NCBI GenBank assembly: GCA_963755155.1
Contig: CAVWIV010000004.1
Span: 24,386-88,385 of the forward strand
Source: an uncultured Actinomycetes bacterium
GTDB lineage: Bacteria > Actinomycetota > Thermoleophilia > Gaiellales > Gaiellaceae
Direction: 5' to 3'
Length of the DNA stretch: 64,000 bases
Position numbers and translations under genes: made by a program. Of this stretch, positions 40,298 through 51,365 are shown piece after piece; within the stretch, counting starts at the first letter, position 1; each line of letters begins with the position of its first letter. The notes under the pieces are model-generated. The model was not told the DNA's origin. It was given only the letters and a program-made list of their open reading frames with translations, and did not search any database.

Positions 40298-41916
40298 ACG
40301 ATCACCGCCTCGGCGACGCGGTTCTTGCCCTCGTGCTTGGCCCGGTACAGCGCCGAGTCGGCAGCGGCGAGCAAGTCCTCCGTGCTCTCGACCGGCGGGG
40401 ACGAGGCGAACCCGAAGCTCGCGGTCACGTTCAGGGCGCCGCCATCGGGCAGGCCGATCTCGAGACCGGCGAGCTGTGCCCGGAGCCGTCCGGCCAGCAC
40501 GGAGGCGCCGCCCGCGTCCGTCGCAGGCAGGAGGACGGCGAACTCCTCGCCGCCGAGCCGCGCGGCGAGGTCCGTCGCGCGCGCCGTCTCCATGAGCACG
40601 AAGGCGAACGCCTGGAGCACGGCGTCGCCCGTCTCGTGCCCGTGGCGGTCGTTCACGCGCTTGAAGTCGTCGAGGTCGGCGACGATCAGCGCCACCGGGT
40701 CGCCCGTGCGCGTCCTCCGCTTGGCCTCGACGGAAAGCTGTTCCATGAAGCGTCGCCGGTTGGCGAGGCCGGTCAGCGGATCGGTCACGGCCTGCCGCCG
40801 CGCGATCGCGCCCTGACGGGCGTTCTCGACCGCGACGGACGCCTGTCCCGCAAACCTCTCTGCACGCTCGCGCTCGGCCGCGCTGAAACCGCCGAAGGGC
40901 GGATAGAGCAGCGCGACGATCTGGAGCCCGTTCGTCCCGGCGAGCTCGAGGCGGAGCGGCTCGACGAGCGGCGGGATCTCTCCGGTCGTGGCGATCTCCG
41001 CGCCGCCCTCCTGAAGCACGCCCCCGACCGCTCCCGTGGCCTCGACGGCCGACTCGAGGACGACCGGCAGCAGCGCCGCGCGATCGTGTGCGGAGGCAAG
41101 GGCGCTCCCGACCAGCTCGATGGACTCCTGCTCGTCGGCGCCGCGGCGGCGGCCGGCGTGACGCCGGACGATCGGAACGAGCGCGTCGCCGGCGATCACG
41201 AGGGTAATGAGGGTCGCGAGACCGGCGGCGGCGACCAGCAGCACCTTTTTGCTGGGGAGGGTGTCCTGCGACGCAGCCGGTACGAGGGCGACGAGCCGGC
41301 CATGCTCCGGGCAGCGGCGTGGCGAACGCGCGGTAACGGCGCCCGCCGATCATGATCGTGTGCGGCGAGCGACCCGGCGCCGACCGAGTCGTTGTGGCTC
41401 TCCACACGGAGCGGGACGCCCGCGCGGCGCTGGAGCCGGCGAAGCAGCTCTCGGTCGAGCGTGACGGCGACGCCGACGCGACCGAGCCTCCTTTGGCCCG
41501 GGCCGAGGACGTCGACGGTGCGCTCGATGGCATCCACATCCCCCGCCCCGATCAGCCGCCGGCCGCCGGCGTAGACCACAAGCCCCGGCCAGGTGCGGGC
41601 GGTGCGCCTGGCGGCTGCGCGGTCTGCTCGGACGACGGCCCGCTGCACTGCCGGCGTGCGCGCGAGGCGACGAGCTTCCGCGTCAGCGACCGACATCTCG
41701 ATCGCCAGCTCCGCCCCTGCTGCCCTGAGCCCAGCGGCGAGACGCGAGTCGACTCGCTCGCGCTTCTGCGTCTTCGAGCTGCGTCGCGACGACCCAGCCC
41801 AGCGCGGCGAGGGGCACGGCAAGCACGGCAGCGATGACTGCGGCCTGCCGCAGTCGCGAGCGACGGCCGGGTGAGCGTTCAGCTCGGCGTACGCCCGGTT
41901 CCCGTTCCCTGTCCAT
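40294..41916 (-). CDS. Membrane-bound sensor diguanylate cyclase (TM - extracytoplasmic domain - TM - GAF-like - GGDEF); three inferred frame breaks (about 41760, 41372, 41310)
   Basis: Start MDREREPG... with TM helix AAVIAAVLAVPLAALGWVV. A sensor region is spread over ORFs 41683..42171, 41196..41963 and 39755..41539. The second TM helix is LLVAAAGLATLITLVIAG. The GGDEF domain carries DPLTGLANRR, DLDDFKRVNDRHGHETGD, I-site RATD and active site GGEEF (ORF 40294..41244). Confidence 0.82.
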
Positions 41917-42000
41917 GCTCCACCCCTGTAACTCGCCTCGGCTGCGGGGGATCGGCGCCGCATCCCTCCGGCGGGTGAAAGGTGCAGAGTTCACCCTTCG

Positions 42001-42634
42001 GTGGCACACGACCACGGACACAGCCACGGGCTCGTCGATCGCTCGATCGTGCGCAGCCGGGCGGGCGTGCGCGCAGTCGCCATCAGCCTGGGCGTGCTCG
42101 GAGTCACCGCGGTGCTCCAGGCGATCATCTTCGCTGGCGAGCGGCAGCGTCGCCCTGCTCGCGGATCTCATTCACAACGCCGGCGACGCGCTGACCGCGG
42201 TGCCGCTCGGCATCGCGTTCTTTCTGCGGAGCGCGCGGGGCGAGCAGATCGCGGGCTACTTCGTCGTCCTCGCGATCTTCGTGAGCGCGTGCGTCGCCCT
42301 CTACGAGACCATCGACCGGCTCATCCACCCGCAGGAGCTCTCGCACCTCGGCTTGCTCGCAGCGGCAGGCGCGATCGGCTTCGCGGGCAACGAGATCGCC
42401 GCGCAGGTGCGGCTACGCGCCGGCCGCCGTCTCGATAGCCCGGCGCTCGTCGCCGACGGCAACCACGCCCGGATCGACGGCTTCGTCTCCCTCGGCGTGG
42501 TGCTCAGCGCCGCCCTCGTCGCGCTCGGGCTCGACCGCGCCGATCCCATCGTCGGCATGGCGATCACGCTCGTCATCCTCAAGATCACCTGGGACTCGTG
42601 GCGGACGATCCGCCACGGCCTTCACGAGCATTGA
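42001..42634 (+). CDS. Cation diffusion facilitator (CDF) family metal efflux transporter; one inferred frame break near 42135
   Basis: His-rich start VAHDHGHSHG, TM1 VAISLGVLGVTAVLQAIIFA (ORF 42001..42438), then SGSVALLADLIHNAGDALTA...ADGNHARIDGFVSLGVVL (ORF 41834..42634). Confidence 0.82.
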
Positions 42635-42646
42635 TAGCTTCGCCGA

Positions 42647-44012
42647 GTGCCGAGCCCAGCCGCCGACAGGGGAGCCGAGTACGAGGCGAAGGCCGCCTCG
42701 TTCGTGAAGGAGAACCGGCTGCCCGGCGCGGCGGTCGGCATCGTCCACGAGGACAAGCTCGTCTGGTCGAAGGGCATCGGCTTCGCCGACGTCAAGAAGA
42801 AGCGGCGCGCCGACCCGAAGACGCTCTACCGCATTGCCTCGATCACGAAGACGTTCACGGCGACCGCGGTCATGCAGCTCCGCGACGAGGGCAAGCTCGC
42901 GCTCGACGATCCGCTCGTCAACTACCTGCCCGAGCTCGCCGCCGCCAAGAGCACGTTCGCGCCGATCGAGGGCCTCACGATTCGCCGGCTGCTCTCGCAC
43001 GAGTCGGGCCTGCAGAGCGAGCCGCCGGACGCCGACTTCTCGCTCGTCCTCTACGAGAGCGAGGCGGCCGCGAACCTAGCGCGCGCCGCGGACATCTCGC
43101 TGACGGTGCCGCCGAACACGCAGTGGAAGTACTCGAACCTCGGCTACCAGCTGCTCGGCGAGCTCGTCGCCCGTGTCTCCGGCATGGCATACGCGACGTA
43201 CATCCGATCGAAGATCCTCACGCCGCTGAAGATGACGTCGACCGCGCTCGACCCGCTCCCGCAGCGCCTGCGTGCGCGCAGGGCCGTCGGCTACGAGCCG
43301 CGCTTTCTCTCCGACGAGCTCGAGCCGGCGCCGCCCGACCCCGGCGTCTTCCAGGCCGAGGGTGGCCTGTGGTCGTGCGTCGAAGACCTCGCGCGCTGGC
43401 TCTCGTGCCAGTTCGATCCCGAGCCGGTGCTGTCGGAAGAGACGGCGGCGCGAGATGCACAAGCCCCGCTATCTCGTCGACCCCGAGTGGACGCGCGCCT
43501 GGGCGATCGGCTGGTACGCGCGACGCCAGGACGATCTCGTCTGGATGATGCACTCGGGCGGGCACTACGGCTTCATCACGAACGCCTGCTTCGACCCGAA
43601 GGAGAAGGTCGGTGCGATCGCGCTGCTGAACGGGTTCGGAAACGCGACCGGGCTCGCGATGGACCTCGGCAAGATCGCACGCGAGGCGGTGAAGGCAGCG
43701 GCGCCGAAGATCGAGGCGCCCGCGCCGTTGCCCAAGAAGTGGCGAGACCTGGTCGGCCTCTACGTCATGCAGCACTTCGGGTCGGTGATCAGCCTCGAGT
43801 GGCGGGACGGGAAGCTCACGTTCCTCGACCCCACCGACCCGACGTGGACGCCGACCATCGCGGCTACGGACGACCCGGACGTCTTCGTGATCGAGCCGGG
43901 CTTCCGCGAGTCGGGCGAGCTCGTCCGCTTCCGGCGCGGCAAGGATGGCCGAGTCGTCTCCGTCGTCGCCGCCGTGTCGACGATGGAACGCCTCGAGCCC
44001 GTCCAGGCGTGA
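42647..44012 (+). CDS. Serine hydrolase of the beta-lactamase/PBP (class C-like) family; one inferred frame break near 43445
   Basis: YRIASITKTFTA (SxxK) and WKYSNLGYQLLG (YxN) in ORF 42647..44689. EMHKPRYLVDPEWTRAWAIGWY...HSGGHYGF and a C-terminal beta-rich domain are in ORF 43272..44012. Confidence 0.82.
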
Positions 44013-44689
44013 CCGAAGACGTCCTGGAGCAGCTCTACGCGGTCGAGCCGGACGAGTTCGTCGCCGAGCGCAAGCGGCTCGAGAAGAGCCTGCGAGACGA
44101 AGGTCGAGCCGAGGAGGCGGCCGAGCTCGCGAAGCTCCGTAAGCCTTCGCAGCCCGTCTTCCTCGCCAACCGTCTTGCCCGCTGGCAGCCCGATCTCGTC
44201 GGGCAGCTCATCGACAACGGCGAGCAGCTGGCAGCCGCCCACGAGGCCGGCGATCCGGAGACGCTTCGCACCGCGCATCGCGACCTCGCAAGCCGCGTTG
44301 ACGCGCTCGTCCGAATTGCTCCCGGAGACCTGTCCGGGGCAATCGAACAGCGTCTCGCCACGCTGCTCAGGGCGGCGGCGACGAACTCGGCCACCGCGCC
44401 CCTGCTACGCCAGGGCGTGCTGTCGGAAGAGGTCGAGCCGGCTGCGTTCGATGCACTGGCGGGGATGACCCTGGCGACGCCGAAGGCGCGTCCGAAGCGG
44501 GATGCCAAGCGCGCGCCGGCTCGCGAACGCAAGCCCGGCCGAGCCGAGGAGCTCCAAGGCAAGCTCGCAGAGGCGAGGAAGGCGCTGCGCGAGGCGGAAC
44601 GGGCGCTCCGCAAGGCGGAGTCGGATCACGAGCGTGCGGCGCGCCGAGTCGCCCAGCTCGAGAAGCAGCTCGGCGACGCGTCGGGCTAG
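44009..44689 (+). CDS. Hypothetical helical protein (226 aa)
   Basis: GTG overlaps the preceding stop (GTGA). Reads LEQLYAVEPDEFVAERKRLEKSLRDEGRAEEAAELAKLRKPSQPVFLANRLAR, with a basic coiled-coil tail. No function is inferable from sequence. Confidence 0.55.
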   Translation: MTEDVLEQLYAVEPDEFVAERKRLEKSLRDEGRAEEAAELAKLRKPSQPVFLANRLARWQPDLVGQLIDNGEQLAAAHEAGDPETLRTAHRDLASRVDALVRIAPGDLSGAIEQRLATLLRAAATNSATAPLLRQGVLSEEVEPAAFDALAGMTLATPKARPKRDAKRAPARERKPGRAEELQGKLAEARKALREAERALRKAESDHERAARRVAQLEKQLGDASG

Positions 44690-45697
44690 GCGTCGAGCCG
44701 GTCCTCGAGGAAACGGCAGATCGGCCACGCGCCGCCCGTGGTGTTCGAGATCACGGTGTAGGTGACTTGAGCGCTCGGGCCGGAGACGCTGCGGAACGAG
44801 ACGCCCGCGTCACAGCCTTCCAGGATCACGGCGTCGGTCGTGGCGTGAAGCCAGAAGCCCAGCCCGTAGCGCCTGCCATCGGGGGAGACGCTCCGCGGCG
44901 ACACCATCTCCCGCACCCGGTCCGAGGACACGATCCGCCCGGCGAAGAGCGCCCTCCAGAACGTGCTGCACGTCGCCGACGGTCGTGTAGATGCCGCCGT
45001 CGCCGTTGCCGCGCACGGGGAGGTGGAAGACGTTCGTCCGCCACACGCCGTCGATCTCGAGGTAGCCGAGTGCGCACCGGCCGGGCAGGTCGTCCGAGCG
45101 GAAGAACTCCGTGTCGTGCATGCCCGCCGGCTCGCAGACCCTCGTCCGAACGAGCTCGTGGAACGGCGTGCCGCTCACGCGCTCGGCGATCAAGGCGAGC
45201 ACGACGTAGCCGCCGTTGCAGTAGGCGAACTCCGAGCCGGGAGCGAACTTCTGCGGATGGCCGTCGAGCACGGCGAGGAAGTCCTCGGTCGCCGCGAGCT
45301 CGTGCACGGGGACCGGCATCAGGTAGTCGCTCAGGGCGACGTCCTCGTTCTCGTCGAGGTAGTCACCGATCCCCGAGCGGTGCGAGAGCAAGTGCTCGAC
45401 CGTCACGTCGTCGTCGATCAGCGGCAGGTCCTTGCCCAGGACGGATCTCGCAGGCGTCGACAGCTCGAGCAGACCGTCCTCGATCAGGCCCACGACCGCG
45501 AGCGCCGTCAGGCTTTTCGTTCCGCTCGCGGTCCCGAACCGGGTGTCGACCTCGTTGGGGATCTCGAGGGCGCGGTGCGCGAGGCCATAGGCCTTCGCTA
45601 GCTCGACCTGGCCTGCCCGGTCGATGCGCACGACGCCCGAGAACGCCGTCTCGGACGCAAGCTTGTCGAGCTCGCTCTCCAGCTCGGCCATGCCCAA
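44686..45697 (-). CDS. Second beta-lactamase-family serine hydrolase; one inferred frame break near 44962
   Basis: FGTASGTKSLTA (SxxK), FAYCNGGYVVLA (YxN) and GNGDGGIYTTVGDVQH in ORF 44810..45697. It continues as FWRALFAGRIVSSDRVREMV...GLGFWL in ORF 44686..44931. Confidence 0.82.
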
Positions 45698-45701
45698 GCT
45701 G

Positions 45702-46176
45702 CTAACGCCGGCGGATCGGATCGCCCACGCGCACGCGGCCGGGCTCGACCACGCGGGCGTTCATGCCCCGCAGCCGCAGCCGGCGGCCATCCTTCGAGTT
45801 GACGAGTCGCGTTGCGTCAGAACCGAAACGCGCGGTGAACTTCCCGCAACCCGTGTGCGGCGCCTCGGTCACCTCGATCACCGCCGAGCCGATCTCGAGC
45901 CGTGTGCCCGCCGGAAGCGTCTCGTGCGCGAGGTCGAGATCGACGTACAGCTGGTCGCCGGCGAGCGGCCAGCGCGAACGGTCGGGCTCGATCTGCTCGA
46001 GCGCGCGCGACGCTCATCAGCGTGAGCTGCGCGCTCGTGTCGACGGGCTTGCCGTCCCACCAACGGTCGCCGACGAGCCCCTGCTCGAGGTCGAGCTCTG
46101 CCTCGTCGAGCACCTCGCGCTCGCCCTCGGCAGGCCGACGGACGATCAGCTCGACGACGCCCTCGGCCGCGCTCAC
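45702..46176 (-). CDS. MOSC-domain protein (YiiM-like); one inferred frame break near 46005
   Basis: VSAAEGVVELIVRRPAEGEREVLDEAELDLEQGLVGDRW in the frame of ORF 45817..46200. ALEQIEPDRSRWPLAGDQLYVDLDL...IEVTEAPHTGCGKFTARFG...GDPIRRR is in the adjacent frame. GTG 46176 overlaps the cupin stop. Confidence 0.75.
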
Positions 46177-46722
46177 GACGCCTGCGCTTCGGGCGGCCAC
46201 GGCAGGCGCACCGGCACGTACTCGCCCGGCCAGTCGGCGTACGCCTCATCGGGCTCGGCAGTCTCCTTCGCGGCAGAAGCGTCGTGCTTCGCCGCGACCT
46301 CGCTCACCGGGTAGAGAAGCGGCTCATCGGGCCGCTTGCCCAGCATGAGAATCGCGCACGGCCCGTCACCGCGCGCCGACGATCACGTGGCGCGTGCCGG
46401 CGGGGCAATGGAAGTAGTCCCACTGCCGCAGGGGCCGCTCCTCCTCTTCGACGATGAGCGTGCCCTCGCCCGAGAGCACGAGGAAACCCTCCTGCGCGCC
46501 CTCCGCGTGGTAGAGCGCGTTCGGCTGTCCTGGCCCGAGGACGGTGATCCTGACGCCAACATCTCGGAACGGCGCGTCCCGCGGCTCGAGCGGGTACGTC
46601 GCCCCGCCTTTCTCCTCGTTGTGCACCGCGAGCGCGTCGGCGAGGTTGAGGACGAACCAGCCGTCCGACGTGATGTAGCGGCCGTACGGCGTCTCTTCCG
46701 AGCTCGCTTCGTTCACCGGCAT
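46173..46722 (-). CDS. Cupin-domain protein; one inferred frame break near 46371
   Basis: GPGQPNALYHAEGAQEGFLVLSGEGTLIVEEEERPLRQWDYFHCPAGTRHVIVGA (ORF 46366..46722) continues as GDGPCAILMLGKRPDEPLLYPVSEVAAKHDAS... in the adjacent frame down to TGA 46173-75. Confidence 0.75.
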
Positions 46723-46726
46723 GCAG

Positions 46727-47092
46727 CTACCGCCGCTCGATGAGCTCGATGCGGTAGTCGTCCGGGTCGCGGACGAAGCAGATCCGGGAGCCGCCTTCGC
46801 TCACCTGGTACGGCGGGCGCTCGGGCTCGATGCCCTGGCCGGCGAGCTGCGCGAGCGTGCCGTCGAGGTCGTCGACGCCGATCGCGACGTGCCCGTACGC
46901 CGTGCCCAGGTCGTACGTGCGGCCGTCGTGGTTGAAGGTCAGCTCGAGGACGTTCTCGGCGTCGCCGATCGAGAAGAAGTAGTTCGTCGCCTCGAGCTCG
47001 CCGTTCCGGACGATGTCCATGTCGCGGCTGAAGCTGAAGCCGAGCGCCTCGTAGAACGCACGGCTCTTCTCGGGATCCGTGATGCGCACCAT
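46727..47092 (-). CDS. VOC-family protein, glyoxalase I-like
   Basis: HTMVRITDPEKSRAFYEALGF...LELTFNHDG..YDLGTAYGHVAIGVDDL...GSRICFVRDPDDYRIELIE. The true start may be a few codons upstream (ATG 47113) with another frame break. Confidence 0.82.
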   Translation of the reverse strand: MVRITDPEKSRAFYEALGFSFSRDMDIVRNGELEATNYFFSIGDAENVLELTFNHDGRTYDLGTAYGHVAIGVDDLDGTLAQLAGQGIEPERPPYQVSEGGSRICFVRDPDDYRIELIERR

Positions 47093-47135
47093 CGTGTGGA
47101 GGAAGTCGCCATCGCGGGATCGTACAGTTGGCTCA

Positions 47136-48065
47136 ATGCTCGAGCTGACGGCGGAGAACGCGGCCGACTACCTCGCTGCGCGAGGGATCATGCTGGCAGG
47201 GGAGGTGCAGGAGCTCGCCGGCGGTGTTGCGTGCACGGTGCTCGCGGTGCACGGCGGAGGCAGGCGCGTCGTCGTGAAGCAGGCACTCGAGCGTTTCAAG
47301 GTCGCCGACGAGTGGCTCGTGCCGCGCGAGCGCGTGCTAGCCGAGGCTCAGGCGCTCGAGCTCATGGGAGAGCTTGCTCCCGGGTCCGTGCCGCGCGTCC
47401 TCGATCTCGACCCGCAGTCGTTCACGCTCGTCATGGAGGCGGCGCCCGAGTCCTGGCGGCCGTGGAAGGCTCTACTGCTGGAGGGCGAAGCCGATCCCGC
47501 CGTTGCAACTCGACTCGGCGAGCTCCTCGCCGTTGTGCACGTCGGCCGATGCCGACATCGGCAGCGCCGAGTCGTTCGAGGCTCAGCGCGTCGATCCGTA
47601 CCTCCGGACGATTCAGCGCCGCCACCCGGATCTCGCCGGCACGATCGGGGCGTACATCGAACGGCTGCTGGCCGACGCGGCGTTTGTCTCGTGCACGGCG
47701 ACTACTCGCCGAAGAACGTCCTCGTCGGCGACGACGGGCTCTGGGTGATCGACTGGGAGGTCGTCCATCGCGGCGACCCGGCCTTCGACCTCGCCTTCCT
47801 CCTCAACCACCTGGCGCTGAAGACGATCCACCGACCGGACGCCCGTGAGGGATACGAGGCGTGCGGCGAGGCGTTCCTCGAAGCTTACGGTCGCGACGTG
47901 GACATGACGTACGTGCTCGGTCTCGTCGGGTGCCTGATGCTCGCGCGCGTCGACGGGAAGTCACCCGCGGAGTACCTCACGGAGGCGGAGCGCGATCGCG
48001 CTCGCTCGCAGGGCATCGCGCTGCTCAGCGATCCTCCGGGCTCGATTCGAGATCTTCGACCGTGA
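47136..48065 (+). CDS. APH/choline-kinase-fold phosphotransferase (methylthioribose-kinase-like); compensating frame breaks near 47541 and 47684
   Basis: VVVKQALERFKVADEW (Lys), CLVHGDYSPKNVLV (HGDxxxxN) and WVIDWEVVHRGDPAFDLAF. Between the break points the adjacent frame reads SADADIGSAESFEAQRVDPYLRTIQRRHPDLAGTIGAYIERLLADAA instead of Arg-rich junk. Confidence 0.75.
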   Translation: MLELTAENAADYLAARGIMLAGEVQELAGGVACTVLAVHGGGRRVVVKQALERFKVADEWLVPRERVLAEAQALELMGELAPGSVPRVLDLDPQSFTLVMEAAPESWRPWKALLLEGEADPAVATRLGELLAVVHVGRCRHRQRRVVRGSARRSVPPDDSAPPPGSRRHDRGVHRTAAGRRGVCLVHGDYSPKNVLVGDDGLWVIDWEVVHRGDPAFDLAFLLNHLALKTIHRPDAREGYEACGEAFLEAYGRDVDMTYVLGLVGCLMLARVDGKSPAEYLTEAERDRARSQGIALLSDPPGSIRDLRP

Positions 48066-48549
48066 GCCCGTAGATGACGCCGTCCACCCACTCGCCGTCG
48101 TGGAGGTACGCGCGCCGCTTGCGGCCCTCGAGCACGAAGCCCGAGCGCTCCGCATGCCGCATCCCGCGCTCGTTGAAGCCATAGACCTCGAGCTGGAGCC
48201 GGTGGAAGCCGAGCTCCTCGAAAAGGTGCTGCTGAAATAGGCGCGCCGCCTCGTCCGCGACCTTCCTGCCACGGAAGTCGGGGTGGACCGCCAGGCCGCC
48301 GAGATCGGCGATGCGGTTCTTGCCGCCCCGGCTCGTGAAGCGCATGATGCCAGCGCGCTCGCCGTCCACCTCGATCAGGAAGACGCCGAAGACGTCCGGC
48401 TCCGCCTCGGACCGCTCGATGTCGGCGCGGATGCTCTCACGGTCGCTCGGCCGCCCGGCGGCGAGAAACGGCTCGACGTCCTCGTGCGCGACGAGGCCGG
48501 CGACGTAGTCGAGATCGTCCGGCCGCGCGCGCCGGATGTCGACGCTCAC
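48025..48549 (-). CDS. GNAT-family (RimJ/RimL-like) N-acetyltransferase
   Basis: GTG 48549 overlaps the EamA stop. Contains GLAVHPDFRGRKVADEAARL and HRLQLEVYGFNERGMRHAERSGF. The 3' end overlaps the convergent kinase gene by 41 nt. Confidence 0.82.
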   Translation of the reverse strand: MSVDIRRARPDDLDYVAGLVAHEDVEPFLAAGRPSDRESIRADIERSEAEPDVFGVFLIEVDGERAGIMRFTSRGGKNRIADLGGLAVHPDFRGRKVADEAARLFQQHLFEELGFHRLQLEVYGFNERGMRHAERSGFVLEGRKRRAYLHDGEWVDGVIYGLTVEDLESSPEDR

Positions 48550-49457
48550 AGCACCTCCTCCGCCGTCTTCGGCTCGCGCGACGCCAGCAACAGTCCGGAG
48601 CCGAGCGCGACGCCGAAGAGGATCAGCCCGAGGCCGACGAGCATGCCGGCCGTCACCGGCTCCGAGAGGAAGAGCGCGCCGTAGGCGATCGCGAACACGG
48701 GCATGACGTACGCGACGAACGAGATCCTGCGGTTGCCGTACAGCGGCAGCATGTGGAAGAAGACGAGCTGGGCGATCGCGGTGCCGAGAATCGTGAGCGC
48801 CGCGACGGAGGCGACCGCCTCCCAGCCGGGCGCCTCCTCGGGCAGCTGGAACAGCGCGAACGGCAGGAGCAGCAGGCCGCCGACGAGCATCCCGCCGGTC
48901 GCCAGCACCGGCCCGGGCGTGTCGCGGACGCGGATCTGCGCATACGTCCCCGAAGACGCGTACGAAATCGACGAGAGCACGACCGCGAGCGTCCCCGCGA
49001 CGGCCCACCAGCCGCCGGGCAGGTCGATCCCCGTCAATACCGCCACACCGACTAGGCCGAGAGAGACGCCGACCCACCGGATCGGCGGCACGTGCTCGTG
49101 CGGGAGATAGCGCAGCCCGAGGACGAAGGCGAAGATCGGCACCGTCGCCTGCGCGATCCCGGCCACGCTCGACTCGATGTACTTCTCGCCCCAGGCGATG
49201 AGCCAGAACGGCAGCGCGGCGTTGAAGCATCCGAACACGAGGTGTGCGCGCCCGGCCGCCCGGAGCTCCGTCGTCGCCCAGGAGACGCCCTTCGTCACGA
49301 AGAGGAACGCGAGCAGCATCAGCCCGGCGACGAGGGCCCGCACGCACATCATCACGGAGGGCTCGAGGTCGTCGACAGCGACCTTGATCAAGAAGTACGA
49401 GCTGCCCCAGAGCGCGGAGAGGAGAAGCAGGAGCGGGAGGTAGCCGCGGGTCACCAT
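48546..49457 (-). CDS. EamA/DMT-superfamily transporter
   Basis: 303 aa with 10 TM helices in two EamA repeats. Starts LLLLLSALWGSSYFLIKVAV. Confidence 0.85.
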   Translation of the reverse strand: MVTRGYLPLLLLLSALWGSSYFLIKVAVDDLEPSVMMCVRALVAGLMLLAFLFVTKGVSWATTELRAAGRAHLVFGCFNAALPFWLIAWGEKYIESSVAGIAQATVPIFAFVLGLRYLPHEHVPPIRWVGVSLGLVGVAVLTGIDLPGGWWAVAGTLAVVLSSISYASSGTYAQIRVRDTPGPVLATGGMLVGGLLLLPFALFQLPEEAPGWEAVASVAALTILGTAIAQLVFFHMLPLYGNRRISFVAYVMPVFAIAYGALFLSEPVTAGMLVGLGLILFGVALGSGLLLASREPKTAEEVL

Positions 49458-49476
49458 CGGAGGCTATCCGCCGGCT

Positions 49477-51365
49477 ATGGCATCAACTCGCGGGGCTAGA
49501 CTGGACTAGCTCTGACGGCAGTCGCGGAACAGCCGCTGCACCGTGCCCTCGGCCTCACCGACGGGGAGCTGGAACGTATCCGCGGCCTGCTCGAGCGCGA
49601 CCCGAACCGCTTCGAGCTGGCCGTCTTCTCGTTGCTCTGGTCGGAGCACTGCGGCTACAAGCACTCGGCGCTGCTGCTGCGGCGGCTGCCCTCGTCCGGC
49701 GACCGCGTGCTCCAGGGGCCCGGCGAGAACGCCGGCGTGATCGACCTCGGCGACGGCGAGGCTGTCGCGTTCAAGGTCGAGAGCCACAACCATCCGTCGG
49801 CTGTCGAGCCTTTCCAGGGCGCGGCGACAGGCGTCGGCGGCATTCTCCGCGACGTCGTCGCCATGGGCGCGCGGCCGATCGCGCTGCTGGACGGGCTGCG
49901 CTTCGGCGCTCCGGACGCGCACTTCTGGCGCGCGGTGGCTGGGATCGGCGCGTACGGGAACTCGGTCGGCGTGCCCACGGTCGGCGGCGAGACGGTCTTC
50001 GACGCGGCCTACGCGGACAACTGTCTCGTCAACGCGATGTGCGTGGGTCTGCTGCCGGCGGAGCGCGTCACGCGCGCGCGGGCGACCACTCCGGGTCTCG
50101 CGCTCGTCCTCTTCGGCGCCACCACGGGCCGCGACGGCATCGGCGGCGCGAGCGTGCTCGCGAGCCAGGAGCTCGGCGACGACTCGCCGGAGAAGCGGCC
50201 GTCCGTACAGATCGGCGACCCCTTCACGGGCAAGCGCTTGATCGAGGTCTCGCTCGAGCTCGTGGAGCGCGGCCTCGTCGAGTCGCTCCAGGACTGTGGC
50301 GCGGCCGGGCTCGCGTCCTCCCTCGCCGAGATGGCCCGTGACGGCGCCGGCGTCGACGTCCACCTCGACCGCGTCCCGCTCCGCGAGGAGGGGCTCGAGC
50401 CGTGGGAGATCATGATCTCCGAGAGCCAGGAGCGGATGGTGGCGGCCGTGCGGCCGGACGCGCTCGAGGCCGTGGCGGAGGTGATCGACCGCTGGGAGCT
50501 GCACTGGGCCGAGATCGGCGTCGTCACCGACACGGGGCTGCTGCGCGCGTTCCACGACGGCGCGCTCGAGGGCGAGATCCGCGCCTGCGTTCCTCACCGA
50601 CGAGTGCCCGCGCTACGAGGTCGATCGGCACGCCCGGCGAGCTGGAACCCGTCGGTGCGGCCCAGGGCATCGACCCCGAGCGGGTGTACGAGCAGTACGA
50701 CCAGCTCGTGGGATCGCGGACCGTGCGGCGACCCGGCCTAGACGCCGCCGTCATGCGCCTGACGCCGTCCTACCGCGGTCTCGCGGTGTCGCTCGACGGC
50801 CCACCCGCCGGAGAGCGTGACCCGTTCCGCGCCGGCGCGCTGGCCGTGCTCGGCGCCGCCCGCAACGTCGCGTGCACCGGCGGCGAGCCCCTCGCGCTCA
50901 CCGACTGCCTGAACTTCGGCAACCCGGAGAAGCCCGAGATCGGCTGGGAGCTGGCCGAGTCGATCGAGGGCATCGCGCAGGCGGCCGAGGCGCTCGGCAT
51001 CCCCGTCGTGTCCGGCAACGTCTCGCTCTACAACGAGACCGCAGGACGCGCGATCCCGCCCACGCCGGTCGTCGGCTGCGTGGGGCTCGTTCCTGACGTC
51101 CGGCGCGTGCCACGCGGCTGGAACGAGGGCGACGTCGTCTTCGCCGTCTGCCGCAGCACAGACCTCGACCTGGAGTGGGAGGGATGCGCTCGTCCGGTTC
51201 CTCTGGAATGTCGCGCCGCACTGCTCGTTCGTTCACGACGTCGGCGCCAACGGCTTCGCCGAGATGGAGGCCCCGGCAGACGCGGCGGCGATCCTCGCCT
51301 GCGCCCCCGGCGACGTCGGCAAGCTGCAAGGCATGGAGCTGATCGAGATCGGGACGGTCGGCTGA
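49477..51365 (+). CDS. purL: FGAM synthase II, large subunit PurL; about 4 inferred frame breaks (about 49500, 50580, 50632, 51182)
   Basis: ATG 49477 after ggagg. The conserved N-terminus PLHRALGLTDGELERIRGLLERDPNRFELAVFSLLWSEHCGYKHS lies in a frame with no ATG/GTG/TTG before 49632 and an in-frame TAG at 49497. Then GENAGVIDLGDG..FKVESHNHPS, GDPF and SESQERM. FLTDECPRYE, PGELEPV...CLNFGNPEKPE...VSGNVSLYNE and DALVRFLWNVAP...IEIGTVG each fall in different frames. Confidence 0.88.

Noticed and set aside
39755-41539. 594-aa minus-strand ORF taken as one protein
   Set aside because: It is a composite. Only its last 180 codons (from GTG 40297) form a plausible membrane/Pro-rich protein. A short internal stretch (RSPHTIMIGGRRYRAFATPLP) belongs to the sensor cyclase. 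The remainder is out-of-frame GGDEF sequence.
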